64,000 nucleotides of DNA from Azolla caroliniana. Lineage: Eukaryota; Plantae; Polypodiophyta. The DNA lies in assembly GCA_043228905.1 (NCBI GenBank), contig JBHGNT010000004.1, forward strand, positions 21,700,001-21,764,000, in the 5' to 3' direction. A model generated the notes under the pieces. It saw only the letters and a program-made list of their open reading frames with translations, had not been told where the DNA came from and did no database searches. This document shows, piece by piece, positions 1 to 12,434 of this stretch; the first letter of the stretch is position 1, and every line of letters begins with the position of its first letter. The translations under genes and the position numbers were made by a program.

Positions 1-1783
1 GAGCTGGAATGCAGAAGGTAAACATGTTTCCTTCAAGCCCAACCACACCCCCCAATTGCTCGGTAAAGCACTTCGCCATGCTAAGGCCAGTCCCGAAATC
101 CTTATCCGCACTTGATGGTGATGTACTGTCAGGTGCAAATAAATTGCATGCCTCGAATAACTCAGTTTGACCGACCTCCTCTTTTGAGAAACCTATGGTC
201 ATGGGAACAATAAAGACATGGTCACTTTACAAGGGAATCAAGTGAAGGTTAATGCACAGAATCTTGGGGGTTATCACCCATTAATATGTACATATACATA
301 TATATATATATGTACACGTGACTCCTTTGTAATGCAATGAATGCTATACATTTAAACGTTTGTAAACAGATGTCACACTGATTTCCATGGAGTTAACCAT
401 GGGAGAGGGGGTGTTGTTGTATATGGGCACTTTATTAATTGAAAAGAACAACAATAAGATTGTTTTTTTTTGGAAAAGCTCATGAATGCAAGTGCTATTA
501 TGAGGATTTGGATTTTATTGTCTACTTCACCCTCCCCCTAAGAGAGCACAACGAACCATTGGGTCCATAAATCATTGTATAGATGTTTCATGCTCAATAT
601 TCAAGACTTACCATTGGGTCCATAAATCTTAAACCGAAGGCTTGAATACTCCTTATGTGCACACGAACTATATGCAGTTGCCATTGCAGAGGAAGAGTGC
701 ATCCTCGAACGACCCCCGGCCTTAGTACAAGGGCATGCAAAACCCCCTTCCTCGTCATCTTCTGAATCGTCATCATCATCATCGTTGCGAAATCCATGGT
801 CTTCTTCTTCTTCCTCTTCTTTTACTGCTTGTTCTTCAGGGTTAATTGGTGAGCATTGGATGCTCAATTCTAATGGAGTTCCCATTTCACCTAGCTCTAT
901 AACATTGTTGAGGAAGCTCCCTACAAAATATTGCACATACACCAACAATATGAAGAATGATAGTGCATTAAATTCATGAAATCCAAGACATAGGAGTAGA
1001 CTTCATGGGAATTATGTGTTACATGCAAATGTTGTTCATACTATTAATTTACCTAATATCATCATGATCCTGGACTTATCACTTGATATATTCTTGGATG
1101 ACAATCTTTTCTTTGTGCACATATCTACGATCACCTTGATGGATGTCTTGGAATTGTGTATTTTGTCCCTCAAGGTCTCGAAAACATGGGACACTAATTC
1201 AAATACATCAAAGGCTTCAAATGCAAGCTCCATGAGGCCATCTTCGAGTTTTCCTATTCAATATATACATATCAGCATTATGCTACCGAAGTTATGAAAT
1301 TGATATCACCTAGAAAATCCATGGCATAGTTCTACAAGTATCTTGTTGATATATAGGGAATTGTAATTCCTCATTACATTCGAATACTTATAATGCCAAA
1401 AAACTGGTGGACAATATATATGCATGTATATACCCATCTCTATCACGTCGTCGAGCACGCTTGTGACCGAGTTGGCGCAATCGAGCATCATCTGGATGAG
1501 CTCCCGGTTCTCATTCTTGCTTTTGCACTTGCCCGCGTTCGCGGTCGAAAGATGGCCCAATCCGAGGATGATGGCATTGAAGGGGACTGGGTACAAAAAA
1601 AATAAAATGTGGATGTCCACAAGTTACAAGATAATACATATATAAGTTTGAACTTGGAGGAGGGGGGGTGAGATCATCCAATGATTGGATGGATGCATAT
1701 ACATTATACATACACATATGTATCCAAAGTTAGAGGGAGTAATTTAACCATGGCTAAAAAAAACAAAAACAACAACTATATAG

Positions 1784-1847
<64 letters not shown>

Positions 1848-3955
1848 CTACCTCTGATGTTGTGGAAGACATAGGCCATGAATTGGTGCTTGGCTTGGCG
1901 AGCTTTGAAGGCACTTATCTCAGCTCTCTCTGCCCTTTCCACACTCCTCCTCATCATGTCTAGGCAGCCCCTCATTTGGTCGGCCACGGCCACGGCCACG
2001 GGGTCGGGTTCGGGATCCTCGTTCCTTGAATCATCGCCATTGTCATCATCATCATCGGTATCATCGGTAGCATTATCACTACTGGTATTCTCATTCCATG
2101 AGTCCCCCCCATTGATGGTGATGGAGCTCCTCCCATGTGCTTCGGCTCCGAGGCTATGGCCGGGCCCCCCATCGCCATCACCATCACCATCACCATCACC
2201 ATCACCATTGTCACCATCGCCATTGTCACCATCGCCATTATTCACCGGCATTCCACGGATGGTGGCGGCCCCGGCCCCGGCCCCGACCATGCCCCGAGAA
2301 GCCATAGCTAGTTCTCTATTATCATTCATCATCATCGGAGGAGACTTGGCCATGGTGCCCCGCCCCAACCCGCCCCATGCCCCGACATCCGAACCCAATT
2401 TCTCCACAGATGATCCTCCCAAGCTCGGAGGAACCGATCGTGCCTTGGATCCTTCTTCGCCCATCCTCGATTCGGGACGGTACGGTACCCAACTTGTCCG
2501 TACTGGATCGCCATCGGAGACTGCCGAGCTTGGAATTAGGGGAGAATCCTCACCGATGATGCCGATCCCACTACGATGGGAATCTGATTTGTCGATCAGA
2601 TTCCACGGGCCGGGATTCGGCTTCGGAGTTGCAGAATCGATATCGAATGAGGTCAGGGGAACAGAATCTGCATCGATGTAATTGGAGCTCGAATGAACAG
2701 AATCTGCATCGTCGATGAAATCGGAGCTCGAATGAACAGAATCTGCAGCATCGATATAGTTGAAGCTCGAATGAACAGAGTCTGCATCATCCATGTAATT
2801 GGAGCTCAATCGAACCGAATCTGCATCATCCATGTAATTGGAGCTCAATCCAACAGAATCCGCAGCATCGATATAATTGAAGCTCGAATGAACAGAGTCT
2901 GCATCATCCATGTAATTGGAGCTCGATCGAACAGAATCCGCAGCATCGATATAATTGAAGCTCGAATGAACAGAGTCTGCATCATCCATGTAATTGGAGC
3001 TCGATCGAACAGAATCCGCAGCATCGATATAATTGAAGCTCGAATGAACAGAGTCTGCATCATCCATGTAATTGGAGCTCGATCGAACAGAATCTGCAGC
3101 ATCGATATAATTGAAGCTCGAATGAACAGAGTCTGCATCATCCATGTAATTGGAGGTCAATCGAACAGAATCTGCAGCATCGATATAATTGAAGCTCGAA
3201 TGAGCAGAATCTGCATCATCCATATATTTGGAGCTCGAATGAGCAGAATCCGCAGCATCGATATAATTGAAGCTCGAATTAGCAGAGTTTGCATCATCCA
3301 CATAATTCTGGGAGGCGATCAGAGGAGCAGAATCTTCTTCATGGGGAGTGGCTGTGCGAGGGTCGATGGAGGGAAGGCTGATCAGAGGGCTAGAGCCATG
3401 GATCTTCTTCTTCTTCTTCATCATCATCATCATCATCATCATCTGTGGTTGGGCGGGGTGAGTCGGGAGGGGAGGTTCGCCATTGATGCAGTGAGGAGCA
3501 GAGCGATGGATAAAGAGGAGCAGGATGGCCCTCCATCGCTGGAGACGGATCATGAAAGTGAGAGCGAGCATGGAAAAGCAAGCAGACGCGAAGAGAATCA
3601 GGCCCAAGAACTGATAATAATAACAGTAAATATAATGGTTGTAGTATTGCCTAGTGAAGGAGGGTATGGTGAGATCATGGTGACAATTAGGGTTAGGGTT
3701 AGGGTTAGGTCTGATGAAGATGATGTTATAAGCCAAGGTCATGCAGAGGAAGGCCATGGTAGAGAAGGCTATGGTTAACAAGGCAGACATGGCCTCCATC
3801 AGGCCCTGCCTCAGAGATGAGACCCTGAGGAATGCATCTGCCATGGCTCTCCCGTATCGAGAAGAGAAAGCCCTGTTCCATAGCCTGTGGGCGGAGGAAG
3901 CTATCTGCAGCTGCCAATCGGCGATGGCAGCGGAGATCACATGAGAAGAATTCAT
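1..3955 (-). CDS. Two-component sensor histidine kinase-like protein (HisKA + HATPase_c), spliced, 3' end runs off the window. Exons 3955-1852, 1586-1434, 1253-1053, 920-612, 192-<1
   Basis: Four GT..AG introns, all phase 1, join in frame. The joined protein gives H-box AKHQFMAYVFHNIRVPFNAIILG, then ...VLDDVIEMGKLEDGLMELAFEAFDV, SSDKSRIMMILGSFLNNVIE (N-box region) and DFGTGLSMAKCFTEQLGGVVGLEGNMFTFCIP (G2 box and terminal strands of HATPase_c). Two N-terminal hydrophobic segments. Start ATG taken from the ORF track and not independently confirmed. Confidence 0.85.
1787..1847. repeat. (CA)n(TA)n compound microsatellite in intron 1 of the histidine kinase gene
   Basis: Seen directly; it explains the spurious IYIYI/CVCVC tail of ORF 1754..3955 beyond the splice donor at 1851. 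Confidence 0.95.
2646..3307 (-). repeat. Coding minisatellite: ~17 x 39 bp (13 aa), alternating A/B units forming a 78-bp higher-order repeat
   Basis: Translation shows alternating NYIDAADSVRSSS / NYMDDADSVHSSF units, in frame within exon 1. Confidence 0.95.
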
Positions 3956-4440
3956 TGAATGGATGAATGAAAATTATGGAGGAATTTGGATTGATTCAAT
4001 GGAATTGAATTGAACGAATGGGAACGGGATTGGAAGATTGAATTGGTTCGAATGGATTGGATTGGATTGGATTGAATTGAATTGGATTGAATTGAATTGG
4101 ATTGGATTGGATTGAACTGGATGGAATCAAACTAATGAATGAATGAATGAATGAGAGCGAGAGAACAGAGCTTCTTCTTCTTCTTCACCAATATTAAGTT
4201 CATTAATAAGCCATGCACACACACGCACACATACATACATACATACATACCATACATATGCATACATACGTACATACCATACACACATACATACACACAC
4301 ATGCATACCATACATATGCATACATATATACATACATACAAACCATACCATACATACCTTACATACATGTGTATCTATAACTAATTTTTCCCCACATGTG
4401 CCTTGCATCTCTCTTTCTCTCTCTCTCTCTCTCTCTCATC
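3956..4440. repeat. Low-complexity/microsatellite tract upstream of the kinase start ((GGATT/GAATT)n, (GAAT)n, (TACA)n, (CT)n)
   Basis: Seen directly. Confidence 0.85.
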
Positions 4441-7400
4441 CTAACTACTAACGAGACCCACACCCCCATGTGGGCCTTGGGCTACACGGAACCGACAACA
4501 TTCTTTTGCTTCCTCGACAATTATATCCGAGGACGATATTCACTCATGTAGCACCACCTTACTGGATCTAGTGAAAATAGTGGTGGGCCTACTTGTTGAT
4601 TAATTTCGCTTATAGCTCGAGAGTGTCTCCAATGTAGAATTTGCTCTAAGAAATGGAAGTGCATGTCCATCCTCGGTGTGGTAAAACATTGTTGCATTGA
4701 TTTTGAACCGTTGGCCTCCCTCCTCCTCCTATCCTTAGATAGATATATATGTGGGGCTTTTCTAGGACAAGAGATTACCATGTCAAGGCTAGAGTGACCA
4801 TACTCAAGGCTTTCTACTAAAGAAACTAGTGACACTTTTCCGCTCACGTTAATTGAACTTTATTGTGATTGTATCCTTAGTTTATCATAGTGATTGAATA
4901 TGTAGTTTATCATTCATGCATCGACAAGCAATGGGGCAACACCATTGACATACGTAGCTAGCCAAACGGATTGGAATGTTGTTGCGATCCTTTGGATAGA
5001 CAACCAAGTTAAGTCAAATGCACATGATAATGATTCTTGTGAGCATATTGTACTATCTCTATTGTTGAAGTAGGGTACAATGATATTGAACATTACTAAG
5101 GGGAGCACTTAGAAACTTGGCAATGTGTCTTTGTTATGAGCTTGATACTAACTTGTGTGTACCTCTCCAAATAGCGAGAGAACAAAAACAATTACTTAGT
5201 GCTATACAAACAACCTATAATTGTGGCATAAATAATTTGCCAAATATGAAGGGTTAGTGAAATTGTGCCCTTCATCCGGCGTCGATTATGTGACCCATCT
5301 TTGTCCGCATAATAGTTGTAACAATGTTGACCATAGTGTGATCGTGCATAAATCTATGTCCATAATAATACCCACGTACATGTTATAGCTTCGTCTTTCG
5401 GAGGGTTTGCACAAGGATATAATGTTGTTGTAAATAAAAACAACCTTTCTATGTTAACACTTTTGTCATCTACAAAGAAACTTAATGGATAAACAATAAA
5501 AAAAGGTAGATTTACTAGTCACTCAATCTTACTAGACCAAATGAAAAATATCATAAAAATGCATCGATGCATGTTCGCCATTGAAAGTTTTGGGAGTGAC
5601 ATCTACAGTGTGGCATGCCTAGCATTCCATAAAGTGAGAGAATTTCGTTTCTCTCTAAGCTTGATTATAATTAACGGATACGAGTTTTTAAGACACAAAA
5701 AATGCTTCTAAGTAAATTTAAGAGGCAGCTAGGTTAACAAAGATCCCATCCACATGATCTAACCAACAAACAAACACTAGATTGTTGAACTTAAATTATT
5801 CATGTTGGTAAAGTTGTTTTCGCCTTATGTGAAACCTAACCTGATCAACACTTTTGTTTGGAGATTAGATTCATGCTTGCATCTATATCTAAGGAAGTTG
5901 CATGAATCTAATGCTGGGAATATTTGTTGAGGAGGTCCAAATTCCATTCATTATGTATATATCCATGTGCGCACGCCGCACACACATAAACATATTTATT
6001 CATTGAGACACACATACGAGATGACAATACACCTATACAAACACATCGTACAACCACCCTAGGAAGGTGTGACATGTGTGCACAATCCACACATATGTCA
6101 CATATAATAGTAGAGAAAATCCTAAGTGAATCTACACAAAGGTAATGGATAAGAGAGATTTGAACCCACAACAACAATCTTTCAACAAAGTTTTGTAATC
6201 AAAGAAATCTAGCTCTCGTCATCATTGTCATTGTTGTTGGCAAGTTAGTTAATAGTGGATAGATCACGTGACACATGTTTTTTTATCGTGGGACCCCGCC
6301 TCCACCCCCAAAATGGACTATTCAGATTCTCCAATTAGATTTTATTTCCTATTTTGTTAAATTCTATTTACATTTATGTACATGTCTCTAGCTAGTAGCC
6401 TCCTAACCTGATTCTTATCTAGGAAATTTGTAGAAGACTTTAAAAGAGGAGAGTTGAGACACATGTGAAAATCGGGTTGCAATTAACATATGTCACAAAT
6501 GTATGATTGGTAATTGAAAAGCTCATTCGTTGACGTACACACTCTCGTTGATTTTATTCATTCAAATATGCCTCAAATTGCATTTATACCGTCATAGTTT
6601 GCTATGGCATGTAAGCACAACTTTCTACAATCACATTGATTTTACGAGATCAATTGATTGTATCTATCCCAAACTAATGAAATTTCACGGGTACAACTGA
6701 GAGAAATATTCATAAAGATACCTGCTAGTTTAATCTTTAGTAAAATTTTGATCAAACATATAAAACTAAATTTAAGAAAAAACACACATGTATATTAATA
6801 GGAAAGAATCACAAGAAGCACATTCGTGTACGTCTCCATCTTTTTTTGACCAAAAATATCTATTATATAATTGAGAAAGATCAATCATAACAATTTTAAT
6901 AATATTTGAGAATCATAAACATAATCTGAGTAGGTAATCCAAACAAACAAATTTCAATTTCTTTTATAAGACCATTTTTATCCTCCCATTATATCTCAAA
7001 ATAGTTGACAATTACTCGAGTTCAATGTAAGTCTCACTTGTGACAATCCGAAGTAACTTTTTGGTTCAGAAGTGGAAATACAAAAAACTCCAAATTTTTG
7101 AGATGTTTAGATTAAAACGAGCTTCAAATGTCTAGAAATTAACTTCAACAAATTTAGATGGTCATCTATTGCCCTAGTAGAATCAAATTTTCCAAAAAGT
7201 GCATGATTTGCTAAAGTCAGTACATTTGTTTTTTTTTCAAAACAAAATATCCTTCCATTAGTTAAAAAAAAAGACGTATCAGCTACAACATACAAAATAG
7301 ATTGAAAGGACGTGACTATCCTTCCCAAGGCCGTCTTGTGTAAGACAATGGCTAGCCATGGATCCTTCGTTTAAATGAGCTAAGGAAACGAATCTATATA

Positions 7401-7619
7401 CATCCAAAGTAGAGGAAAACAACCAACAAATGGGGAGAAAACTTCCAGATGATCCTGCGGTCTATCAATCGAAAGATTGGAATGTAGCTCCAAAGCTTCT
7501 GAAAAGTTATTTTTAGTAGTAGTCCACAATCCATATGTATAGGAATATTATCATTTTCAACTTGTAATGAACTCATCAATTCCGATGAAACGGAAGTAAT
7601 GGTTTCATGGACCAACATT

Positions 7620-8500
7620 ATTTGACCCTAAAACATCTGCACACACTATGCTTTCTGTAGAGATTGTGCAACTATTGATGCCAATCTATCCCACAACTCC
7701 TCCATCCATCTCATAAGAAGAAATGGAATTATGCATCCATCAATGTCATATCAATTAGCATATTACTGATTACAAGATCATGTTCCAAACCTTGTGTGCA
7801 GATACTATTGTGCACTTCTTATCCTTTTTCTACTGCTCGAAAACTTCCACATGTTTTCAAGACACAAACAAATGCCATGACATTCAGAGATATACCTTCC
7901 AAATGCATATGTGAGTGCCATATAAGAGCATCCTCCCCACACCCATTTTAAGCATATCCAGAAATCCGTGCGGTCCAAGAGAAAGCCACATTTCATGTAA
8001 TGGAAGTCTTTTGAACACATTGAGTGCTTCCGTGAGAAAGCCACATTTCATATACATATTTAGCCAAGGAGTTCCAACAATTGCATTTCTTTCAAGTAAC
8101 CCTTTCTTTGTTATCACCACATGCATTCCTTGGCCTTTGCTAACACCCCATGCATGTCCACATACCTTCAAGATGCAAACCAGAGCTAAAGGATCGAGAA
8201 AGATACCCTGAGAAGTTGAACATTATCAATACTTCTTTATCTTGGCCATTCTCTACATATCCTCTAACCTTTTTCCTGCCAAAACAGTTACTCCTCTATT
8301 CTGTTATGGAAGTCTTTTGAACACATTGGGTGCCTCTTAATCTGGCATAAGTTGAACCTAATTCAATGCTTCTTTATCTTAGCCATTCTCTACATATCCT
8401 CTAATGAGTGAGGTCCAAAGCACCACATTTGAAAGCCTAAGCTTATGAAAACCTAGACTTGTGCTTTTGCAAGAAAACCACATTTTGCATACATATTTAG
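7620..8500 (-). pseudogene. Decayed PLS-type pentatricopeptide repeat (PPR) gene fragment
   Basis: Fragments such as KVCGHAWGVSKGQGMHVVITKKGLLERNAIVGTPWLNMYMKCGFLTEALNVFKRLP match PLS-PPR motifs (xMYxKCG..A..VF). Broken by frameshifts and a short internal duplication (~8226 and ~8362). Confidence 0.7.
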
Positions 8501-10596
8501 TATAGAACACAAATAGAAGATAAATTGGTGATTAAAGTAAGTACATACTTTTACTGATAAAGTGTGTCATTTAAATCTCAATTGCAAACAAATCACTAAA
8601 TTAGTAGAAGTGTGTGCTTAAGGGTAAGCAACAAATAAAGCATGTCATAAATAATGCAACTTGTATAAATAGTATGACTTGTACATGTTTCATGTAGGTT
8701 AATTTTCATAAAAATGACTCATTTGTATAATGCAATTGATTAAGATTGCTGAAGTTTATGATTAATCATCAATACTCCTCATTTCTCTCAACATTTTGAC
8801 CCATATATTCCACCAATAAATAAACTCCATGTGTAATGGATGATTACTACTCATAACCCATCAAAGTTAGACACACATTGAGCATTTTATTTAACTAATG
8901 TGCGAATCCATATGATGCTAACTAAGGCATTGTGATTGCATACGTGTCAATGAATGTACAATGTGCACGACATTAAATATTCAAGGGCATCAAATTGCGT
9001 CGGTCGTAACAAGATCTCCATCGTGCTAGTGCATTAAACTCTAATGGGGGTTTTATGTAGGGTGCTCCTAACAGATTTTGGGTTGTTCGGACATTTATTT
9101 CTAAATGTATGCAATGTAGTTTTACATAAAAAGAGGCCAATTGCTGGAATTAGGAAGCCATCCTATTCCAAAACAATGAATATAAAATTTAAGTGTAACA
9201 AAAATAATCTATATGTATGTATATGATGCATACATCTTAGCTCTTTTAGTTTTAGAATAGGTATCCCAAAACCAATAAATGCTCCAAGTTTGGAGCACTT
9301 GAGTAGCATCTACAACAACCGATGTTTGCATCCTTTATTTGTAAATTGATTCAACTATACGTTTGCCCCATTTTTTCAAAGCCATAGTTTCTAATACTTT
9401 CCATGACCAACATAGGTATAGTTTTGTACCACAATGTTTTTGGATCATAGAGCATATAATGTGACTTTGAGTGTGTATAAATTTTAATTTGTTGATTTAC
9501 GTAATTTATTTTAAGTTCCCCTATTTTGGGATCATTCTTTATGTAAAAAAAGGGCATATTTCATGCTTAATACATATGTATGAAGAAGGGTGGTTCCGCC
9601 CATAGTTGATCTCAAGTAGATCAATATCAATCTTGAATGTTACCTCATTATCAATCTCTTTGTTCTTTGCTTTATCTTAATTCTCCCTTGAGACTAGGCC
9701 CGGGCCATCCCCTTTAACTCTTCTCAGTCAATCAGTTTCCTTAAAATCTTTTGTCTAAATACACCCATCTGGTCATCCAATCTCCCACTTATCTGCTCAT
9801 GTACTCGTCCACACATCCTTGTATATTCTTCCCCAATCTTCCTAAGTTCATGAAAATTTGATATGTACTCACTACCTATATGCAACAATGTCAGACCTTG
9901 TAAGTCCCATAATTAGTCTTAGCAATAGGATCATGGATCAAGAACAATTACAAGTGATGGTCAATATCATTACTCGTCTCCTCATATGCTTCGTTTGTTG
10001 TATTGGTGGGAACATTTGTGGGGGATCAAGGAGGTGTTCCTTTGAGCAGTCATGTTTATTGACCGATGGTTATTTACTAATCAAATTCGTAGAGGTAAAA
10101 TATGACCTATGTGACCAAAACTTTATCATTTTTACACATGCATGGAATTGAGTAGAGAATATTCAAGAATTTTACTAATAAACACTAGAATCTAGAATAA
10201 ACATAGTGACTTTGAGAGAAATTTGTGCTAGGAGTGGACTGGATTGACAATATGTGGAGAGCAACCTTGAATATGGTTTAATGGTCTGGATTGTATCAAA
10301 GTGTGATATTTTGACACTTGAGTTTGAAATATGCATAGTTGATGAGTCTCTTCACCTATGCCCCAACACCTATCTCACATTGAAGAGAATGTGATCTAAC
10401 TTGTATAGAAGAAACAATGCAGATGTTGCACAAAGGGATACATAGCTCTAACATGTATCAAAGAGTGTTGTTTCCCTATTTTGAAAAGAACATGGTTCGG
10501 TAGTTTGGTGAAATATACATAATATAATGTGTGAAAAGTGAGCCTACACATCTCTCACAAGTTGTGATACATTGACATAACAAACGTGTTTATACA

Positions 10597-10631
<35 letters not shown>

Positions 10632-11693
10632 TTGGTGAAAGCACACAATTATATTAATAAATGTGTGTAAAAAACACTACTTACAATGGGTGTGACCATG
10701 AAGTATGGTCACCCACTAACTACACTACACTACATGGGTAGTGGAACATGTTGAATTGCCAATAGGCAAGACGAACACTCCACTGAGGAAAGGATTTCCA
10801 CTTGCTCCAATAAAGAAAATTGCCACATTAGTACTCCCTTCAACTTTCCTAGATAGGCTTTCACTCCATGTCTACCATCGAATACAAAAGCGTTGCGCAT
10901 ATTCCAATTATGACGCAATCCCCAATATCTCAGAAATAGAAAAATGATCTCCATCTCTGACTTTGGGTCCACCTGTGTAAATTGTGCAAACACCCATTGT
11001 CTAGGTGTCAAATAACACCGTGATAAAACTTGCCAAATTTGAGAAATATAACTCCAAATCTGAGAAGCAAGCAGACATTGTATAAATCGATGAGTACTAT
11101 CTTCCATTTGAACAATGCAAAAAAAGCAATTGCCCATTGCTAGTCCACAACTCTTTAGAGCTAATCCCAAAGGCAATCCTCCAATCAAAACTCTCCAAAC
11201 GAAGACCTTTGCTACAAGTGGCAATTTAGAATGGCAACTACGTTGTAAGATTTGCCACCACCCATGATCAGATTTGTGTAATCTCCATTCTTCTTCAGCC
11301 TTGGATGATAACCATCCAAGAGACTCAACAGAGCAATGATACAAAAGATTAGTAGTCACTTGTAACAACGATCTTTGTCCCTTTAAACACCAATTAATCC
11401 ATGGTTATTCTCCTGTTTGTAGAGGTAAGGGATCTTGTATCAATGGAATATTTTGTAGTTGTTGCCAAATAAACCCATAATTAGGCGGAATGCGTAATAA
11501 TTGTCGCACTTCAACAAACTCCAAAATTCTTTGAGATGGAGCCTCCACTATATCTCCCACCTCTTTGACCCCCAAACGAAACAAATGATTAAATTGAGAG
11601 CGCAATCTCTCCTTTCCTGGCCAACATAATAACCGAGAAGACACAAGTAACTCTTTTTGCAAAGAATTACAATGCTCTCTACTAGATGATACT
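10632..11693 (-). mobile_element. LINE (L1-like) 3' fragment, ORF2 C-terminus with zf-RVT-like Cys/His motif; host of the nested LTR stack
   Basis: ORF 10730..11368 contains KVFVWRVLIGGLPLG...CFFC...EDSTHRFIQC. The reading frame continues in phase through 26941-27027 and 32363-32521 once the LTR elements and one copy of each TSD are removed. Confidence 0.8.
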
Positions 11694-12151
11694 TGTTACC
11701 GGCCCGGCCGGCAAAGGAGTCCAGAGTGTGAAACGGGGAGTTATTTAATTAGTAGGAATGGTTGTAGGTAAGCTATGAGTGTGGACGGACGGACCGGAAT
11801 CGGTATGCCGTTCCGGAATCGGTATGCCGTTCCGGATCCGGACTGATCCCGAACAGGTGCGGATGGCACCGTTTTGTAATACAGACCGAAAACCTATTTA
11901 AAGGCCCGGATACAATGTAATGAACAACAGCTAATTAATAAAGCTTAGTATTGTTATCTCTCTGTGTTAATTGCCATTCTGCATTCATTGTTATATCTTA
12001 CGCGTGTGAATATATTAAGGACGATCTTGCTAAGTAACTTAATTAAGTCGGATTAATCGTTGAGTCTAATCTTGTTGCCGTAACACCCTTTGGTGAAGTG
12101 TCTTCGGTAGACACCCTGTGTTAGGCCATTGTCCAGCCCTAAGAGTTAACA
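11694..12151 (+). repeat. Gypsy 5' LTR (458 bp)
   Basis: Matches 26504-26940 with about 15 substitutions plus a 19-bp tandem duplication and a 2-bp indel (by eye). Confidence 0.95.
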
Positions 12152-12434
12152 CAGTTTTTGGCGACCACGATTCCTGTTTTGCAGCGAACGACGGCACGGA
12201 TGGATGACTAGATCAACGCACGACCTGGTTACAGATTGAACTTGACGCCTTGCCGAAAGGCAAGGGAGACATGAGGCTTTCCAGCAAGTGGTGTAGGAAA
12301 TTAGAGCGGATCGCTCGTTTTCCAACGTAATCCGGAGAGTAGCGAAGGACTCCCTCTGGTTACAGCAAACATCGCACCCGGATGACGACAACAGCCTAAG
12401 CAGCCTCCGGGAAACCGAATCCCTTCTCTAGGCG

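Noticed and set aside
2646-3307. Regular repeat array as a CRISPR array
   Set aside because: The units are contiguous with no unique spacers, keep a protein frame, and lie in a spliced eukaryotic gene with no cas genes.
3687-3709. (TTAGGG)n telomere-like repeat
   Set aside because: Only about four units, and it encodes PNPNPNP in the kinase frame; a coding microsatellite is sufficient explanation.
2693-3778. 361-aa plus-strand ORF and other antisense ORFs over the kinase exon
   Set aside because: Shadow frames of a stop-poor tandem repeat; no domain evidence.
4127-4408. ORFs rich in YVCM/HTYI (also 40036-40384 and 50436-50995)
   Set aside because: Translations of (TACA)/(TATG) microsatellites.
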